A DNA stretch of 64,000 nucleotides, from contig JAQOWU010000007.1 in assembly GCA_030867685.1 (NCBI GenBank), positions 2,418,001 to 2,482,000 of the forward strand, written 5' to 3'. Source of the stretch: Wickerhamiella versatilis (lineage: Eukaryota). The notes under the pieces are model-generated. The model had not been told where the DNA came from and did no database searches. It saw nothing but the letters and a program-made list of their open reading frames with translations. The position numbers and the translations under genes are program-made. Below, in pieces: positions 21,703 through 32,600 of this stretch. How positions within the stretch are numbered: position 1 is the first letter of the stretch; each line of letters opens with the position of its first letter.

Positions 21703-22077
21703 GGATTTGTATCGGTTACTAATAGGATGAGGGAATAATTTCATTCTCCGCATAGAGAATTGGAATGGTGATACTTTTCTTCAATTCCTCTCAGACACTA
21801 TATATTGCTTAATTGATCTCCTGCTTCATCCCGAGACCGTGCACTAACACAATAGTGAACGTCATATATGCCACTTAATGGTATTGGTGATGTGTTGGTT
21901 TGACTGCGTGGCTATGCTATGCTATTGCATCAAAACCATTGTCGAAATTCCCAGAATCCTTCAATGAATCAGAATGATTTATAGTGATCTCTTTATCTAA
22001 CAATGTTCAACTCTGCTCATTTATTATATATCAGTCATAACTAAAGTTAATATTTTTATCTAACCTATCACAAAGAA

Positions 22078-22551
22078 TTATTCCTTCTTGCCATTCGTAT
22101 TCTTGGCTGCTTGCCAGCCCTTATAGAGGGCAAACCCAAATCCAAACAGAACCGCTGCCACTCTATAGAGGTGCAAATAGGACCACTTGTCGAAAAGTGC
22201 CTCAACCTCTGCCGCATCAATCTCACCAATTGGCATGGATTCGAGGGAAATAAGCCTTTTATTCGTTGGCGACATGAACAATAGCGTATAGGGTATGATT
22301 GACAAAATACTCACAATAGAGGGCAGCAGTGCTGTCTTACCCGAGAACCAGAACATACCTGCCGAAGCTAAGGCGAATATCGGCATACTAGACTTACCAG
22401 CTTCAAATGATGAAAGCCAGATACTCAGGCGCTCGGTAATTGGAAACTCTTTGGTGTAGAGGAAGAGGCGGTTACACAGGATCGGATAAGCTGACACTAG
22501 GCCTGAAGCTAGACCAGATGAGAATAAACCGCAGTAATACAGTGCACTCAT
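22078..22551 (-). CDS. DUF1772 / anthrone oxygenase-like protein, copy 2
   Basis: Near-identical paralog of 19690-20142 with an extra C-terminal KNTNGKKE. Confidence 0.8.
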   Translation of the reverse strand: MSALYYCGLFSSGLASGLVSAYPILCNRLFLYTKEFPITERLSIWLSSFEAGKSSMPIFALASAGMFWFSGKTALLPSIVSILSIIPYTLLFMSPTNKRLISLESMPIGEIDAAEVEALFDKWSYLHLYRVAAVLFGFGFALYKGWQAAKNTNGKKE

Positions 22552-22640
22552 TTCTCCTTATTTGTGAAAACTAACGAGAGACAACGGAGAACTTACGTAT
22601 ATATATAGGTATATTAGTTTCTAATAGAGAGGTATGGGCC

Positions 22641-22675
22641 CCTCGGACCGGCACGCTTCTCCGTTATTATGTCAT
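22641..22675 (-). promoter_or_regulatory. GTGCCGGTCCGAGG plus ATGACATAAT motif pair upstream of DUF1772 copy 2
   Basis: Plus strand CCTCGGACCGGCAC...CCGTTATTATGTCAT. Confidence 0.6.
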
Positions 22676-23555
22676 ATAATCAAATGTAGTAATGAGCTTG
22701 ACGTAAAGGAGTTAGTTTTTTCCTTGACTTCGCTGGTAACACAAATTATCTTACGCACTAAAACTAGAATAAATAAGCAGTAACTCTGTAATCGTAGAAG
22801 TAGTGGTTCCACCTAATATACAAACAGTCGAGGTCTTCTTCAATTCCTATCCAGACGTTAGCTTGAACTGGTCATCTCGTGTTTGCAGACACTGACCTTC
22901 ATATTCACTGCCTAGTACATATAATTGTATCAGAACACTACCGAAAGCACTAATTATTTAGTGAAACATTTTAGTAATACTGCAAAAATATGCATAACCC
23001 CTTAGGGACTCCTCAAATTGAGTTTCCATACTACAGCCCGAACAAGGCAATGATGCACGCTATGACGGATGGGGATCTGTGAGCTGTATAGAGCTCACAT
23101 TATTAGTTTCAGGAATATCTTAACCAATATATATTTAAATACATGTGCCTGTTTTTGAGCAGGGTATATTACTAATATGTGAAAAATCGAACCCTAGTAA
23201 TAGTACGAGTAACACTATGGTCAATACTGTTAACTCTTAACGAATTATCTGCTTGTTTCACATAGTATTTCACTTTAAAAATGGGTTGCCTTGCACTGGT
23301 TAGCGACACTCAGGGTTGACAGCTTGTAACCCCACTATTCACCAGGACCATCGCTGAGTAACCAACTACTCAAAATAACTTAGTAGTTCTCTGAATGATC
23401 CTTTTTGTCAACCATAGATATAGATCCTTATGTGCGATAATTGCCGGTGGTATTGTATCAATTTTTTCACGTGTAGCTGCCAGTGATTCGTACGGCCCAC
23501 CGGTATAATAGGATATGGGGTGTATGACGTAATATAAATTGTGACTCGTCGCGAG

Positions 23556-25271
23556 ATGGATGGGGATAGAGAAGCGCAGGAAGAGCGGGGTGAGTGGCCT
23601 CTTCGAATTTCAAACTTAAAGCGCCTGTTTGGACGTGGCTTATGGCAGAGGAGGCTGGAGCCTCGTGTGCCAGAACCTGTGGGGGAGAATTCCAATGACG
23701 GACCAGGGAGTCGTCAAAACTCCATCATTGAGACTGATGAAAAGTCTAAGGGCACCTTCCAAAGAATGAAAAACTGGTTGAGCCGGTATGGACAAGGAGA
23801 AGGGACAATGACAACAAGGCCTATGGCCAATGAAAGCAGGGGCATGACATCAGAAGAGAATCAAACCAGGCTTCAGTCGGCAACTCAGATTTTCCTTAAG
23901 TTTATAAGGTATTTGGGACCTGGACTCATGGTTTCAATTGCATATGTGGACCCAGGTAACTATTCCACAGATGTGAGCGGGGGTGCGTCGAAACGGTACA
24001 AGCTGCTCTTTGTCATCCTTTTGTCCACCATACTAGCGCTGTATTTGCAGGTTACTGCACTACGGCTTGGTAGCATTACCGGTAAGGACTATGCACAAAA
24101 TTGTCGTGAGCATCTTCCAAGGTGGCTGTGCTATATCATCTACATTTTTGCCGAATGTGCCATTATGTGCACAGATATAGCTGAGATAATCGGAACCGCG
24201 ATAGCTTTGAAAGTTCTATTTCATATACCCCTCATAGGCGGGATTTTTATAACTATCGCGGATGTACTTTTTGTCATGCTAGCATATAATCCTGAGCGAG
24301 GGATGAAAACAGTTCGCTTGTTTGAATTTATAACCATGGGGTTAATACTTGCACTTGCTGTGTTGTTTAGTATTCTCTTAGCACGAATTCCAAGCGAAAA
24401 TGTTGGGACCGTATTTTTTGGATATGTGCCCTCGTCGTCAGTCATTAATGGTGACGGTATTATCCTCTCGGCTGGAATTATAGGGGCTACTGTCATGCCT
24501 CATAGCCTCTATCTTGGCAGTTCTACATGTATTCCCCGAATCAGGGTATTTGATGAACAAAAAGGGTATGAGAAAAATCCCAATGAAGCAGAAATGCATA
24601 TGCTTTATCGTCCAAGCTGTGAGTCGATTCAAAATTCTATGAAATATTCTATTTATGAGCTTGCGCTGTCGCTATTCACGATAGCGCTATTCATAAATTC
24701 GGCCATATTGATCATCGCGGCAGACACAATGTATAATAAACCCGACGCAGCGGATGCTGATCTGTTTGGATTGTACGATTTACTTAAAGAGTACTTGTCC
24801 AAGGGGGCCGCTGTCGTTTTCATGGTAGCCTTGCTGTGCAGTGGACAAAGTGCAGGTATAATATGTACGATCGCTGGCCAAATCGTTTGCGAGGGCTATA
24901 TGAACTGGAGGGTTAAGCCATGGCTGCGAAGAATCATCACTCGTGTTATAGCTATTATTCCGTGTATTCCTGTGACAGCAGCCTTAGGTCAGAAGGGGAT
25001 TAGTGAAGCCCTTAACTGGTCTCAGGTTATTTTGACGATTACACTACCCTTCTTGGCTTGGCCACTAGTGTACCTTACATCGAAGACTAAGGTAATGTCT
25101 GTCTATGTTGAAAGGTATGACAAGTTGGAGGGGCCAGAAGAACTTACTAAACCTCGTGACTATGCTAATAACTGGGCCATGGTGATCATTGGCGTAGCAA
25201 TATGTCTGTTCGTTAGCGTTGTGGTGGTCTATTTGATTGTAGTTGTGGCGATCACTGGCGAACCACAGTGA
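23556..25271 (+). CDS. Nramp family divalent metal transporter (SMF-like)
   Basis: GPGLMVSIAYVDPGNY (DPGN), GATVMPHSLYL (MPH), SGQSAGIICTIAGQIVCEG. First ATG at 23556. Confidence 0.95.
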   Translation: MDGDREAQEERGEWPLRISNLKRLFGRGLWQRRLEPRVPEPVGENSNDGPGSRQNSIIETDEKSKGTFQRMKNWLSRYGQGEGTMTTRPMANESRGMTSEENQTRLQSATQIFLKFIRYLGPGLMVSIAYVDPGNYSTDVSGGASKRYKLLFVILLSTILALYLQVTALRLGSITGKDYAQNCREHLPRWLCYIIYIFAECAIMCTDIAEIIGTAIALKVLFHIPLIGGIFITIADVLFVMLAYNPERGMKTVRLFEFITMGLILALAVLFSILLARIPSENVGTVFFGYVPSSSVINGDGIILSAGIIGATVMPHSLYLGSSTCIPRIRVFDEQKGYEKNPNEAEMHMLYRPSCESIQNSMKYSIYELALSLFTIALFINSAILIIAADTMYNKPDAADADLFGLYDLLKEYLSKGAAVVFMVALLCSGQSAGIICTIAGQIVCEGYMNWRVKPWLRRIITRVIAIIPCIPVTAALGQKGISEALNWSQVILTITLPFLAWPLVYLTSKTKVMSVYVERYDKLEGPEELTKPRDYANNWAMVIIGVAICLFVSVVVVYLIVVVAITGEPQ

Positions 25272-25951
25272 TGATTTGATGGTTGTATTTGTATTTGCTT
25301 TATGTTATTTATCTGTAGTGTTTTCCTAGAAACATTTGTGAGAGCTTTTATTTTCTGATTTAATGATTATAATGATATTAATCAGAGGTACGAATGAAAG
25401 GCTCACTTCGCTAAGCCTGGAACATAGCTACTAGGCTGATGGCGGTATCCCCACAGCGAAAAGCTCAAAACATTTGAACAGGTAGCCGTCACATATCCTG
25501 GTGGTTTTCACTCTGACCACGATCTAGTCAGAGCACTGATCTCGGATTTCTCAGCAATTTCCGATCTCAATGCATTACGCAGCCATGCAAATGAGGAAGC
25601 GTGGCCGCTGAATCTTATTCCATGTATTCTATATATTTCATCGTGCTCGATAAATCAACCTACCTAGTTTTATGTCCCAATAGCCGTCATATTTCTCCCA
25701 ATCTAATAAACGATTAGATTCGATGAAGAAGATATTGTTGCGATGGGATGTTAGGGTAATAACGTTCTCGGTATCAAGGAGATCTTGCACTTCATTTTCG
25801 ACATAAATAGATGTAAATTGCTTATATCAAGCGCTACAGCTTTGGTTTTCTGTAGCCCTATAAACTGCAGGTCATACGTTTAGCCACGGTATTCCATCAG
25901 GTTAGGGCTAAAGACTTTCTCCCACTTTTTTTACAGTGGCTATCACGTTGA

Positions 25952-28900
25952 ATGAAGCGGGCCCATCCCCAACAGCAGGCTCTGGAAAAGAGCTCGGTAT
26001 CTTCGGGGTCGATGTCATCTCCACCAAAGGATCAAGGTAAGAACAAAGATGCAGCAGGGAAGGGAGACCCTCTGGAGGACAAGCTCAAGCAGCTCCCTTC
26101 ATCCGAAGCTGAGATACTTCGTTCACAAATAGCTACGAACTCGAGTAAAGCCACTTTTTTCAGCCTTTTTAGGTTTGCAACACCTCAGGACATAATATTC
26201 GAAATCCTAGGAATTTTTTTTGCTGCAGTACATGGTGTATCACTCCCGATGTTTACACTGGTAGTTGGTGGGCTTGTTAGCAACTTTAATGGATTATTTG
26301 GATCGCAATCTCTCGAGTCGGGTGCATTCATGCACAAGGCAGACCATCTGTCTCTCTACTTTGTCTATATAGGGGTAGTAATGCTCGTGTCATCATCCCT
26401 AGAGAGTATTCTTCTCACAAGTACTGGCGAGATTCTTGCTGGAAGATTCCGCAAGAATTATTTGAATGCCGTAATCCGCCAAAATATTGCCTATTCAGAT
26501 AACAAAGGCAGTGGGGAAGTTGCAACTCGTATCACAAATGACACCATTGCGATACAAGAGGCGATATCAGAAAAGCTTGGAAATGTGGTCATGGGAATTT
26601 CCAGCTTCATCACAGCAATCGTTATTGGTTTAGCGAGACAGTGGAAAGTCTCCTTAGTCCTGCTTTCAGCCGTCTTCTACAATCTTCTGGTCATGACCAC
26701 AGGTGCTAAGATGCTCGTCAAGTTCAATATAAAAGCAAATATGATATATTCCGGTGGCTCTACAATAGCTGAGGAGTCATTAAGCAGTATTCGTTCTACT
26801 ATTGCTTTTGGCATGCAGGGTCGACTTGCGAAGAAATTCGATAACATACTGCGTAAGTCATCCACGGAGTCTCGAAAAGCAGGTGCTGCTTTTGCCTTGA
26901 TGCTGTCATTCATATGGGCAGGTTTATTCTGGATTTTTGGCTTGGGTTATTGGGAAGGCTCCCGCGTGGTCTATTGGGGTGAAGCCGATATCGGAAAGGT
27001 TTTTTCAGCCGTAATGGCTATGATGATTGGATCATTTCGATTGGGTAACATGAGCCCAAACATTCGCTTTATTGCAAACGGGATTGTGGCTTGTAAGAAT
27101 ATAAATGATACTCTCGACAGGATGCCGATTATAGACTCCGAGTCTGACCAAGGACTAGTTCCGGATAAGTGCGAAGGGCATATTAAGCTTTCCGATGTTC
27201 GATTTAGATATCCATCTCGTCCAGACGTGCTTGTACTACCAAATTTTTCCCTTGAAATATTCCCTGGCCAGACTATTGCATTGGTAGGGATGTCAGGATC
27301 TGGAAAATCAACAATTGTCGGCATTCTCGAACGTTTTTATTTGCCTGTGGGCGGAACCATAACGCTTGATGGCAATAACATTTCGGAGTTAAATATAAGC
27401 TGGCTGCGACGACAAATAGGGTATGTTCAACAAGAGCCAACATTATTCAATGACACGATTTACACAAATGTGGCTTATGGCCTCATAGGTACAGAGTACG
27501 AGGCAGCATCAGAGGAGATTAAAAAGGAGAAGGTCATTAATGCGTGCAAAGAGGCTAATGCCCACGGCTTTATCACAACTCTTAATGAGGGTTACGACAC
27601 AAACGTAGGCGACCGCGGTTTCTTGCTCTCGGGGGGTCAAAAGCAGCGCATTGCAATTGCTCGTGCGATAGTCTCCGATCCAAAAATTCTGCTTCTGGAT
27701 GAAGCAACTTCGGCACTAGATACGAAATCGGAAGGCATAGTACAGGAGGCCCTAGATCGAGCATCCCAGGGGCGTACTACTATTGTGATTGCACATCGTC
27801 TTTCTACGATCAAAAATGCACATAATATTGTGGTGATGAGTGAGGGAGAAATAATTGAGCAAGGTTCCCATACAGAATTGCTTTCACTTGATGGTTATTA
27901 TGCTAGTTTGGTCGCTGCTCAAGAGGTTTCGGGCTCGGCCGATAAAGAATCCCATACTGATAATGACGCCCAAATGTCATATGTGGATGAAAAGAAGCTC
28001 ACTGTCCTGGAAGATGATGCATTGGATCGGCAAGATGATCCTAAAGAGCTAGAAAAAATCCAACAAGAGTCTGAGAATATTCCGGGAATACGTGAACCGA
28101 AAAATAGCAGTATTCTCAACTACTCCAGAATGCTATGGCGAATGAGTGCGAATGAGCATGCCTTTTTGATTATTGGTGTTATTTCCGCTATTCTTCTCGG
28201 ATATTGTTATCCATCGATGGGTATGGCCAGCGCGCGTATGATCAGTGATATTATCGTTCCAAAGGACCAGTACCCTGAAATGCGGCACAATATCAATGTT
28301 ATGGGCTGGTGGATGTTTTTCCTGGGCTGTGCATCATTTATTTTCTCTTTCGTGGCAATCTTTCTCATGTCATATGTCAGTGCGGGCCTCGTGAGAACTG
28401 TCCGTCTGCGTCTTTTCAGTCAATTCCTACGTATGGACATTGCTTTTTTTGATCACAAGGATAATTCGCCTGGTGCTTTAACCGCAATTCTAGCAAAAGA
28501 GGCAAAGGCAATTGAAGGCTTGGGTGGTGCTACGGCAGGGCAAATACTACAAAGTTTGACCACGTTGATTGGTGGTATTGCCACAGGCATTCCATTCAAC
28601 TGGAGAATCGGCTTGGTAGCCCTGGCGGTCGTTCCAGTATTGCTCGCTTGTGGGTTCTTTAGAGTTTACGTCTTGAATTCAGTAAATGATCATAATCGCA
28701 AAATCTACGAGGCATCAGGAGCGCTAGCTTCTCAGTATGCCACAGCCGTTAGAACAGTGCAGTCTCTTACCAGTGAATATGTGGTGGTCGAGAAATATGG
28801 CAATACAATCAACAGGCAAGTGACGCAATCACGTTTATACATTGTGAAATCCGCGGTGCTCTATGCGCTATCAGAGGGATTGGTGCCTTGGATAATTGCC

Positions 28901-29887
28901 CTGATCTATTGGTGGGGGTCTAAGGTAATGAGTCGAGGAGAGGCCGCTGTCTTTGGCTATTTTGTAGTGTTTATGGCGATCGTTCTTGGTACCCAGTCGG
29001 CTGGACAGATTTTCAGTCATGCTTCCAGTATCAGTAAGGCGCGTACCGCAGCACGTAATGTATACCGGATTGATAGTGCTATTCCAACAATCGATGCATG
29101 TTCTCAGGAAGGAATCGTCTTGGACTCCAAGGATGTGCACGGTAATCTTGAATTCAGAGATGTGTATTTCCACTATCCCCTGAGACCACAAGTACCGGTC
29201 TTGCGTGGCTTGTCATTGTCTGCGACTGAGGGGCAGTATATTGCACTTGTGGGTCCATCAGGTTGTGGAAAGTCCACAGTCATTGGTCTTGCGGAGCATT
29301 TTTACAATGTCGAAAGGGGCCAGGTACTTTTTGACGGCGTTGACATTGCAGATTACAATATCCAGTCCTTAAGATCACACATTGCCTTGGTGAGCCAGGA
29401 GCCAACGCTCTATAGCGGTACGCTTCGTGATAACATTCTTCTTGGCTGGCCTGGTGAGGAGTCAGAGGTAACGGATGAAATGATTCACGACGTTGCGAAG
29501 AAGGCCAATATCCACGACTTCATAATGAGTCTTCCAGATGGCTACAACACAATTTCGGGATCACGGGGAACCTTGCTGAGTGGGGGCCAGAAACAACGTA
29601 TTGCAATTGCCCGCGCATTAATTAGGAATCCCAAAGTATTACTCCTTGATGAGGCTACATCGGCGCTCGACTCAGAGTCTGAAAGGGTGGTCCAGGCTGC
29701 GTTGGATGAAGCGGCAAAGGGCCGCACCACTATAGCCGTGGCACATCGGCTATCCACTATTCAGAAGGCGGATGTTATCTATGTCTTTGAGGATGGGCGT
29801 ATTGTGGAGAAAGGTAATCATGCTATGTTACTTGCCAAAAAGGGGCGGTATTCTGAGTTAGTAGGACTTCAGACGCTTTCTTCGTGA
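25952..29887 (+). CDS. Full-length ABCB/MDR1-type ABC exporter
   Basis: TMD-NBD-TMD-NBD; Walker A GMSGSGKS and GPSGCGKS; LSGGQKQRIAIARA twice; LLLDEATSALD twice. Confidence 0.97.
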   Translation: MKRAHPQQQALEKSSVSSGSMSSPPKDQGKNKDAAGKGDPLEDKLKQLPSSEAEILRSQIATNSSKATFFSLFRFATPQDIIFEILGIFFAAVHGVSLPMFTLVVGGLVSNFNGLFGSQSLESGAFMHKADHLSLYFVYIGVVMLVSSSLESILLTSTGEILAGRFRKNYLNAVIRQNIAYSDNKGSGEVATRITNDTIAIQEAISEKLGNVVMGISSFITAIVIGLARQWKVSLVLLSAVFYNLLVMTTGAKMLVKFNIKANMIYSGGSTIAEESLSSIRSTIAFGMQGRLAKKFDNILRKSSTESRKAGAAFALMLSFIWAGLFWIFGLGYWEGSRVVYWGEADIGKVFSAVMAMMIGSFRLGNMSPNIRFIANGIVACKNINDTLDRMPIIDSESDQGLVPDKCEGHIKLSDVRFRYPSRPDVLVLPNFSLEIFPGQTIALVGMSGSGKSTIVGILERFYLPVGGTITLDGNNISELNISWLRRQIGYVQQEPTLFNDTIYTNVAYGLIGTEYEAASEEIKKEKVINACKEANAHGFITTLNEGYDTNVGDRGFLLSGGQKQRIAIARAIVSDPKILLLDEATSALDTKSEGIVQEALDRASQGRTTIVIAHRLSTIKNAHNIVVMSEGEIIEQGSHTELLSLDGYYASLVAAQEVSGSADKESHTDNDAQMSYVDEKKLTVLEDDALDRQDDPKELEKIQQESENIPGIREPKNSSILNYSRMLWRMSANEHAFLIIGVISAILLGYCYPSMGMASARMISDIIVPKDQYPEMRHNINVMGWWMFFLGCASFIFSFVAIFLMSYVSAGLVRTVRLRLFSQFLRMDIAFFDHKDNSPGALTAILAKEAKAIEGLGGATAGQILQSLTTLIGGIATGIPFNWRIGLVALAVVPVLLACGFFRVYVLNSVNDHNRKIYEASGALASQYATAVRTVQSLTSEYVVVEKYGNTINRQVTQSRLYIVKSAVLYALSEGLVPWIIALIYWWGSKVMSRGEAAVFGYFVVFMAIVLGTQSAGQIFSHASSISKARTAARNVYRIDSAIPTIDACSQEGIVLDSKDVHGNLEFRDVYFHYPLRPQVPVLRGLSLSATEGQYIALVGPSGCGKSTVIGLAEHFYNVERGQVLFDGVDIADYNIQSLRSHIALVSQEPTLYSGTLRDNILLGWPGEESEVTDEMIHDVAKKANIHDFIMSLPDGYNTISGSRGTLLSGGQKQRIAIARALIRNPKVLLLDEATSALDSESERVVQAALDEAAKGRTTIAVAHRLSTIQKADVIYVFEDGRIVEKGNHAMLLAKKGRYSELVGLQTLSS

Positions 29888-30109
29888 ACTCAGAAATTTA
29901 TTTGACATGAAAACTATTATCACGGTTATGAATATGTACAATGACTGGATTAAGTCTGATGATGCGGTTATGTAGCTTTATGAATGATAACGACACGAGC
30001 TATTATCAATAATTCCTATAAAAGACTTGCTATTGGCGATCATCAACTTTATATGCAAGTATGCTATTCTATAAAAGTGTGCGGTACTCATGCTATTAGC
30101 TCCACTGGT

Positions 30110-31246
30110 TTAGAGTTTGCCTGAATCCTTTTTTTCCATGAACCTGTTGCTAGGACTCAAAAGAATCGACTGTTGCGTGGAGAATTGGAGTCTCCCAGAC
30201 TCATCAAAGATGCAGTCATCAATAAACGTGCGACCATGACCACCAGTGAGGGCCCGTATCTCTTCAAGATGCCAATTGCGGATATCATAGTGGCAGCTGT
30301 GGAAGGTGATTGAATGTGCAAGCGACGTTAGAATTCCGGCATCATGATGACCGTACGGTGGATTCGTTGAAGAAAAAAGAGGGGTTAGTGCTACACCACA
30401 GTCAGAGGCGTACACAACAAGTGCAGCCTGCAAGGCCTTAGATGACCGTCGCATCTCGCCTGTCTTGGTTGGTCGTTGTAACAATAGCTGTTCGGGATCC
30501 TGAGATGCCCTGAACCATTTTGCAGAATATCTGTCGCTTATATTTTGTGCTTCCTCGTCAGATTTATCTAACGGAGTGGCCCATAGACCGCCCATGACAC
30601 GTTTTGCAAGTGGACCGCCAGCCAAGCGCATTTCTAAGTAGTGCGAGTTTGGCTCATACTTAGCCCGCATAGTGTCCAATGCTCCTTTGCTCATTACCCC
30701 CTTTGCATTTAGATCACTACTTTCCTCAAGCATATCTCGCAGCTGACCAGGCCGCGGCCACTTTTCAAGAGGTTCAGGACTAAAATTTAGTAGTGTTTGT
30801 GGTGACTGCTGCTCCTCTGTACGGATAAAGTCAATTGTGGCCATCAAAGTGGTGCGCCACGATTTTTTCCCCTCTTGCCCATAAATCTGCGAAACAAACG
30901 CAAGCACGGTGGTGAATCTACGTGTTTGACGGATAACTTGAACTGTAATGCGGACGCCTCGGTTAGGGTTAGTGGGGCCTAGAAAATTGCTTGACATGTA
31001 ATAAAGCGATTGATTCGATTCATGTCCTGTTCCACCTTCGAGGACGACAAAAGCAGCTACCAGGGCGATAGCCAGTATACCACCACCAAAGGCTGACTTC
31101 CCTCCAATCACTTGAAGTCTGTCTGTAACAGTGTCAAATACAAAGAGTTTTTCGTTGTCTCCTGCATCAGGCACTGCTCGTAAGCGAGTTAACCTCTCGA
31201 TGTCGAGGGCCTCTTCACCTCGCATATCTATGTTATTAATAAGCAT
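30110..31246 (-). CDS. Acyl-CoA thioesterase II (TesB-like double hot-dog), possibly peroxisomal
   Basis: AFGGGILA, YYMSSNFLGP, RQTRRFTT, VYASD, TSLAHSITFH, GHGRTF, STQQSIL; C-terminal GKL resembles PTS1. Confidence 0.8.
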   Translation of the reverse strand: MLINNIDMRGEEALDIERLTRLRAVPDAGDNEKLFVFDTVTDRLQVIGGKSAFGGGILAIALVAAFVVLEGGTGHESNQSLYYMSSNFLGPTNPNRGVRITVQVIRQTRRFTTVLAFVSQIYGQEGKKSWRTTLMATIDFIRTEEQQSPQTLLNFSPEPLEKWPRPGQLRDMLEESSDLNAKGVMSKGALDTMRAKYEPNSHYLEMRLAGGPLAKRVMGGLWATPLDKSDEEAQNISDRYSAKWFRASQDPEQLLLQRPTKTGEMRRSSKALQAALVVYASDCGVALTPLFSSTNPPYGHHDAGILTSLAHSITFHSCHYDIRNWHLEEIRALTGGHGRTFIDDCIFDESGRLQFSTQQSILLSPSNRFMEKKDSGKL

Positions 31247-32078
31247 TGTCCACTTAGAAACGGTTCCGTTGATATTATTAATGACCGGGGTAGATCAAAA
31301 AAGTCGTTGATTCTCAGCATGTATATATGCCTTCTCGTGCTCGCTGGCTGAATTAATACTAGCCTGGCATCAGCCAATACTCAAGGAGTGCAGGACCGTC
31401 CATGTTGCTAATTAATGGTGGTTCCGTATATAAAACGTTTCGTGCCACTGAAGTAACAATTTTATGGTTAGTATCAGCAGTAAACACAAGTAAATGTCTC
31501 GTGATGTGTGCAGTTTCTTTAAAGTTTAAAACTAATCTTACTAAATTTTCTCATGGTAATACCCACCGCTTTAGATGGTGGTAAGACACAACCACAAACA
31601 TGTTTATTTGATAAAAAAAAGAACTCATGTTCAAGAAATGCACAGAGAAGCACATCAACAACGCTAAAATCCGTCACCTAAAATAAGGTTGCCGCCATTA
31701 ACCATACAAGATATGTCACAGCGGCGTGCCAGAGCAGTTCAGAACGTAACTTTACTTAAGTCTGGCCGCTTTGTACCATATGACTCGTATGTCTGGCTCT
31801 TTGCGATGATGCCTTGTAAACCGTCTTGGCTGATGCCTATCTTCTTATTAAACATGCTACTTAAGCATTGTACATGAGATCTACCTGACTAGTTCGCCGT
31901 TGATGTTGTAATACAGATTTAGGTTACACCGTGCCTTGGAGAATTAAGCGACACCTCTAAACTACACTAAACTAATCACCACAAAACTCGTCATTTGTTC
32001 CAGTGGTCTCGAACTCTATTAACCCAGGTATAAATATCGACCTCTTCTTTTCGAACGAGGCATCGAACATCATTCACT

Positions 32079-32600
32079 ATGCACTCCTCATCACTCGTTT
32101 TCTTCGCTCTTTCCTCTCTTGTAGCTGCTGAGACCCCTTATGGCAGCAGTAAGAACAGTTACTCTGACCTCAGCGGATACCAAGGCAGCATGATCAACCA
32201 TCAGCAGGTCCAGGATACGCTCAACAATCAGTTGAAGGGCAATGGTGATATCCACGCAAATGCCGACCGTATGGTGGCGTACATCACTGGTGCTGACTCG
32301 CAGATCGATAATGCTATCGCTACCGTTTCCAAGGCACTCGGACCAGTCACTGGCGGTCTTAGTGAAGCCATTGGCAATGTCCTGCTGGGCCCCTTCGTTC
32401 AGTCTGTGACCAACGGTGCCGAGGTATTCCTGGCCAATATGGTTGGTGGTGCTGCGGACCGCATGGATGCTGAGATGGTTGGCCGCCTGACCGGCGACTA
32501 CTCGCGTCTTGCTGAGCTCTCAAGCAAATCGAACGTCGATACCTCGAAGCTGCAGGATCTCAACAGACAGATTCAAAACACCCTTCCCAAGTCGAAGTAG
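32079..32600 (+). CDS. Small secreted cysteine-free helical protein of unknown function
   Basis: Signal peptide MHSSSLVFFALSSLVAA; TATAAAT about 50 bp upstream; Gly-rich amphipathic segment ALGPVTGGLSEAIGNVLLGPFVQSV. Confidence 0.75.
   Translation: MHSSSLVFFALSSLVAAETPYGSSKNSYSDLSGYQGSMINHQQVQDTLNNQLKGNGDIHANADRMVAYITGADSQIDNAIATVSKALGPVTGGLSEAIGNVLLGPFVQSVTNGAEVFLANMVGGAADRMDAEMVGRLTGDYSRLAELSSKSNVDTSKLQDLNRQIQNTLPKSK

Noticed and set aside
25952-29887. Sophorolipid biosynthetic cluster
   Set aside because: Only an ABCB transporter is present; there is no CYP52, UGT or acetyltransferase gene in the window.
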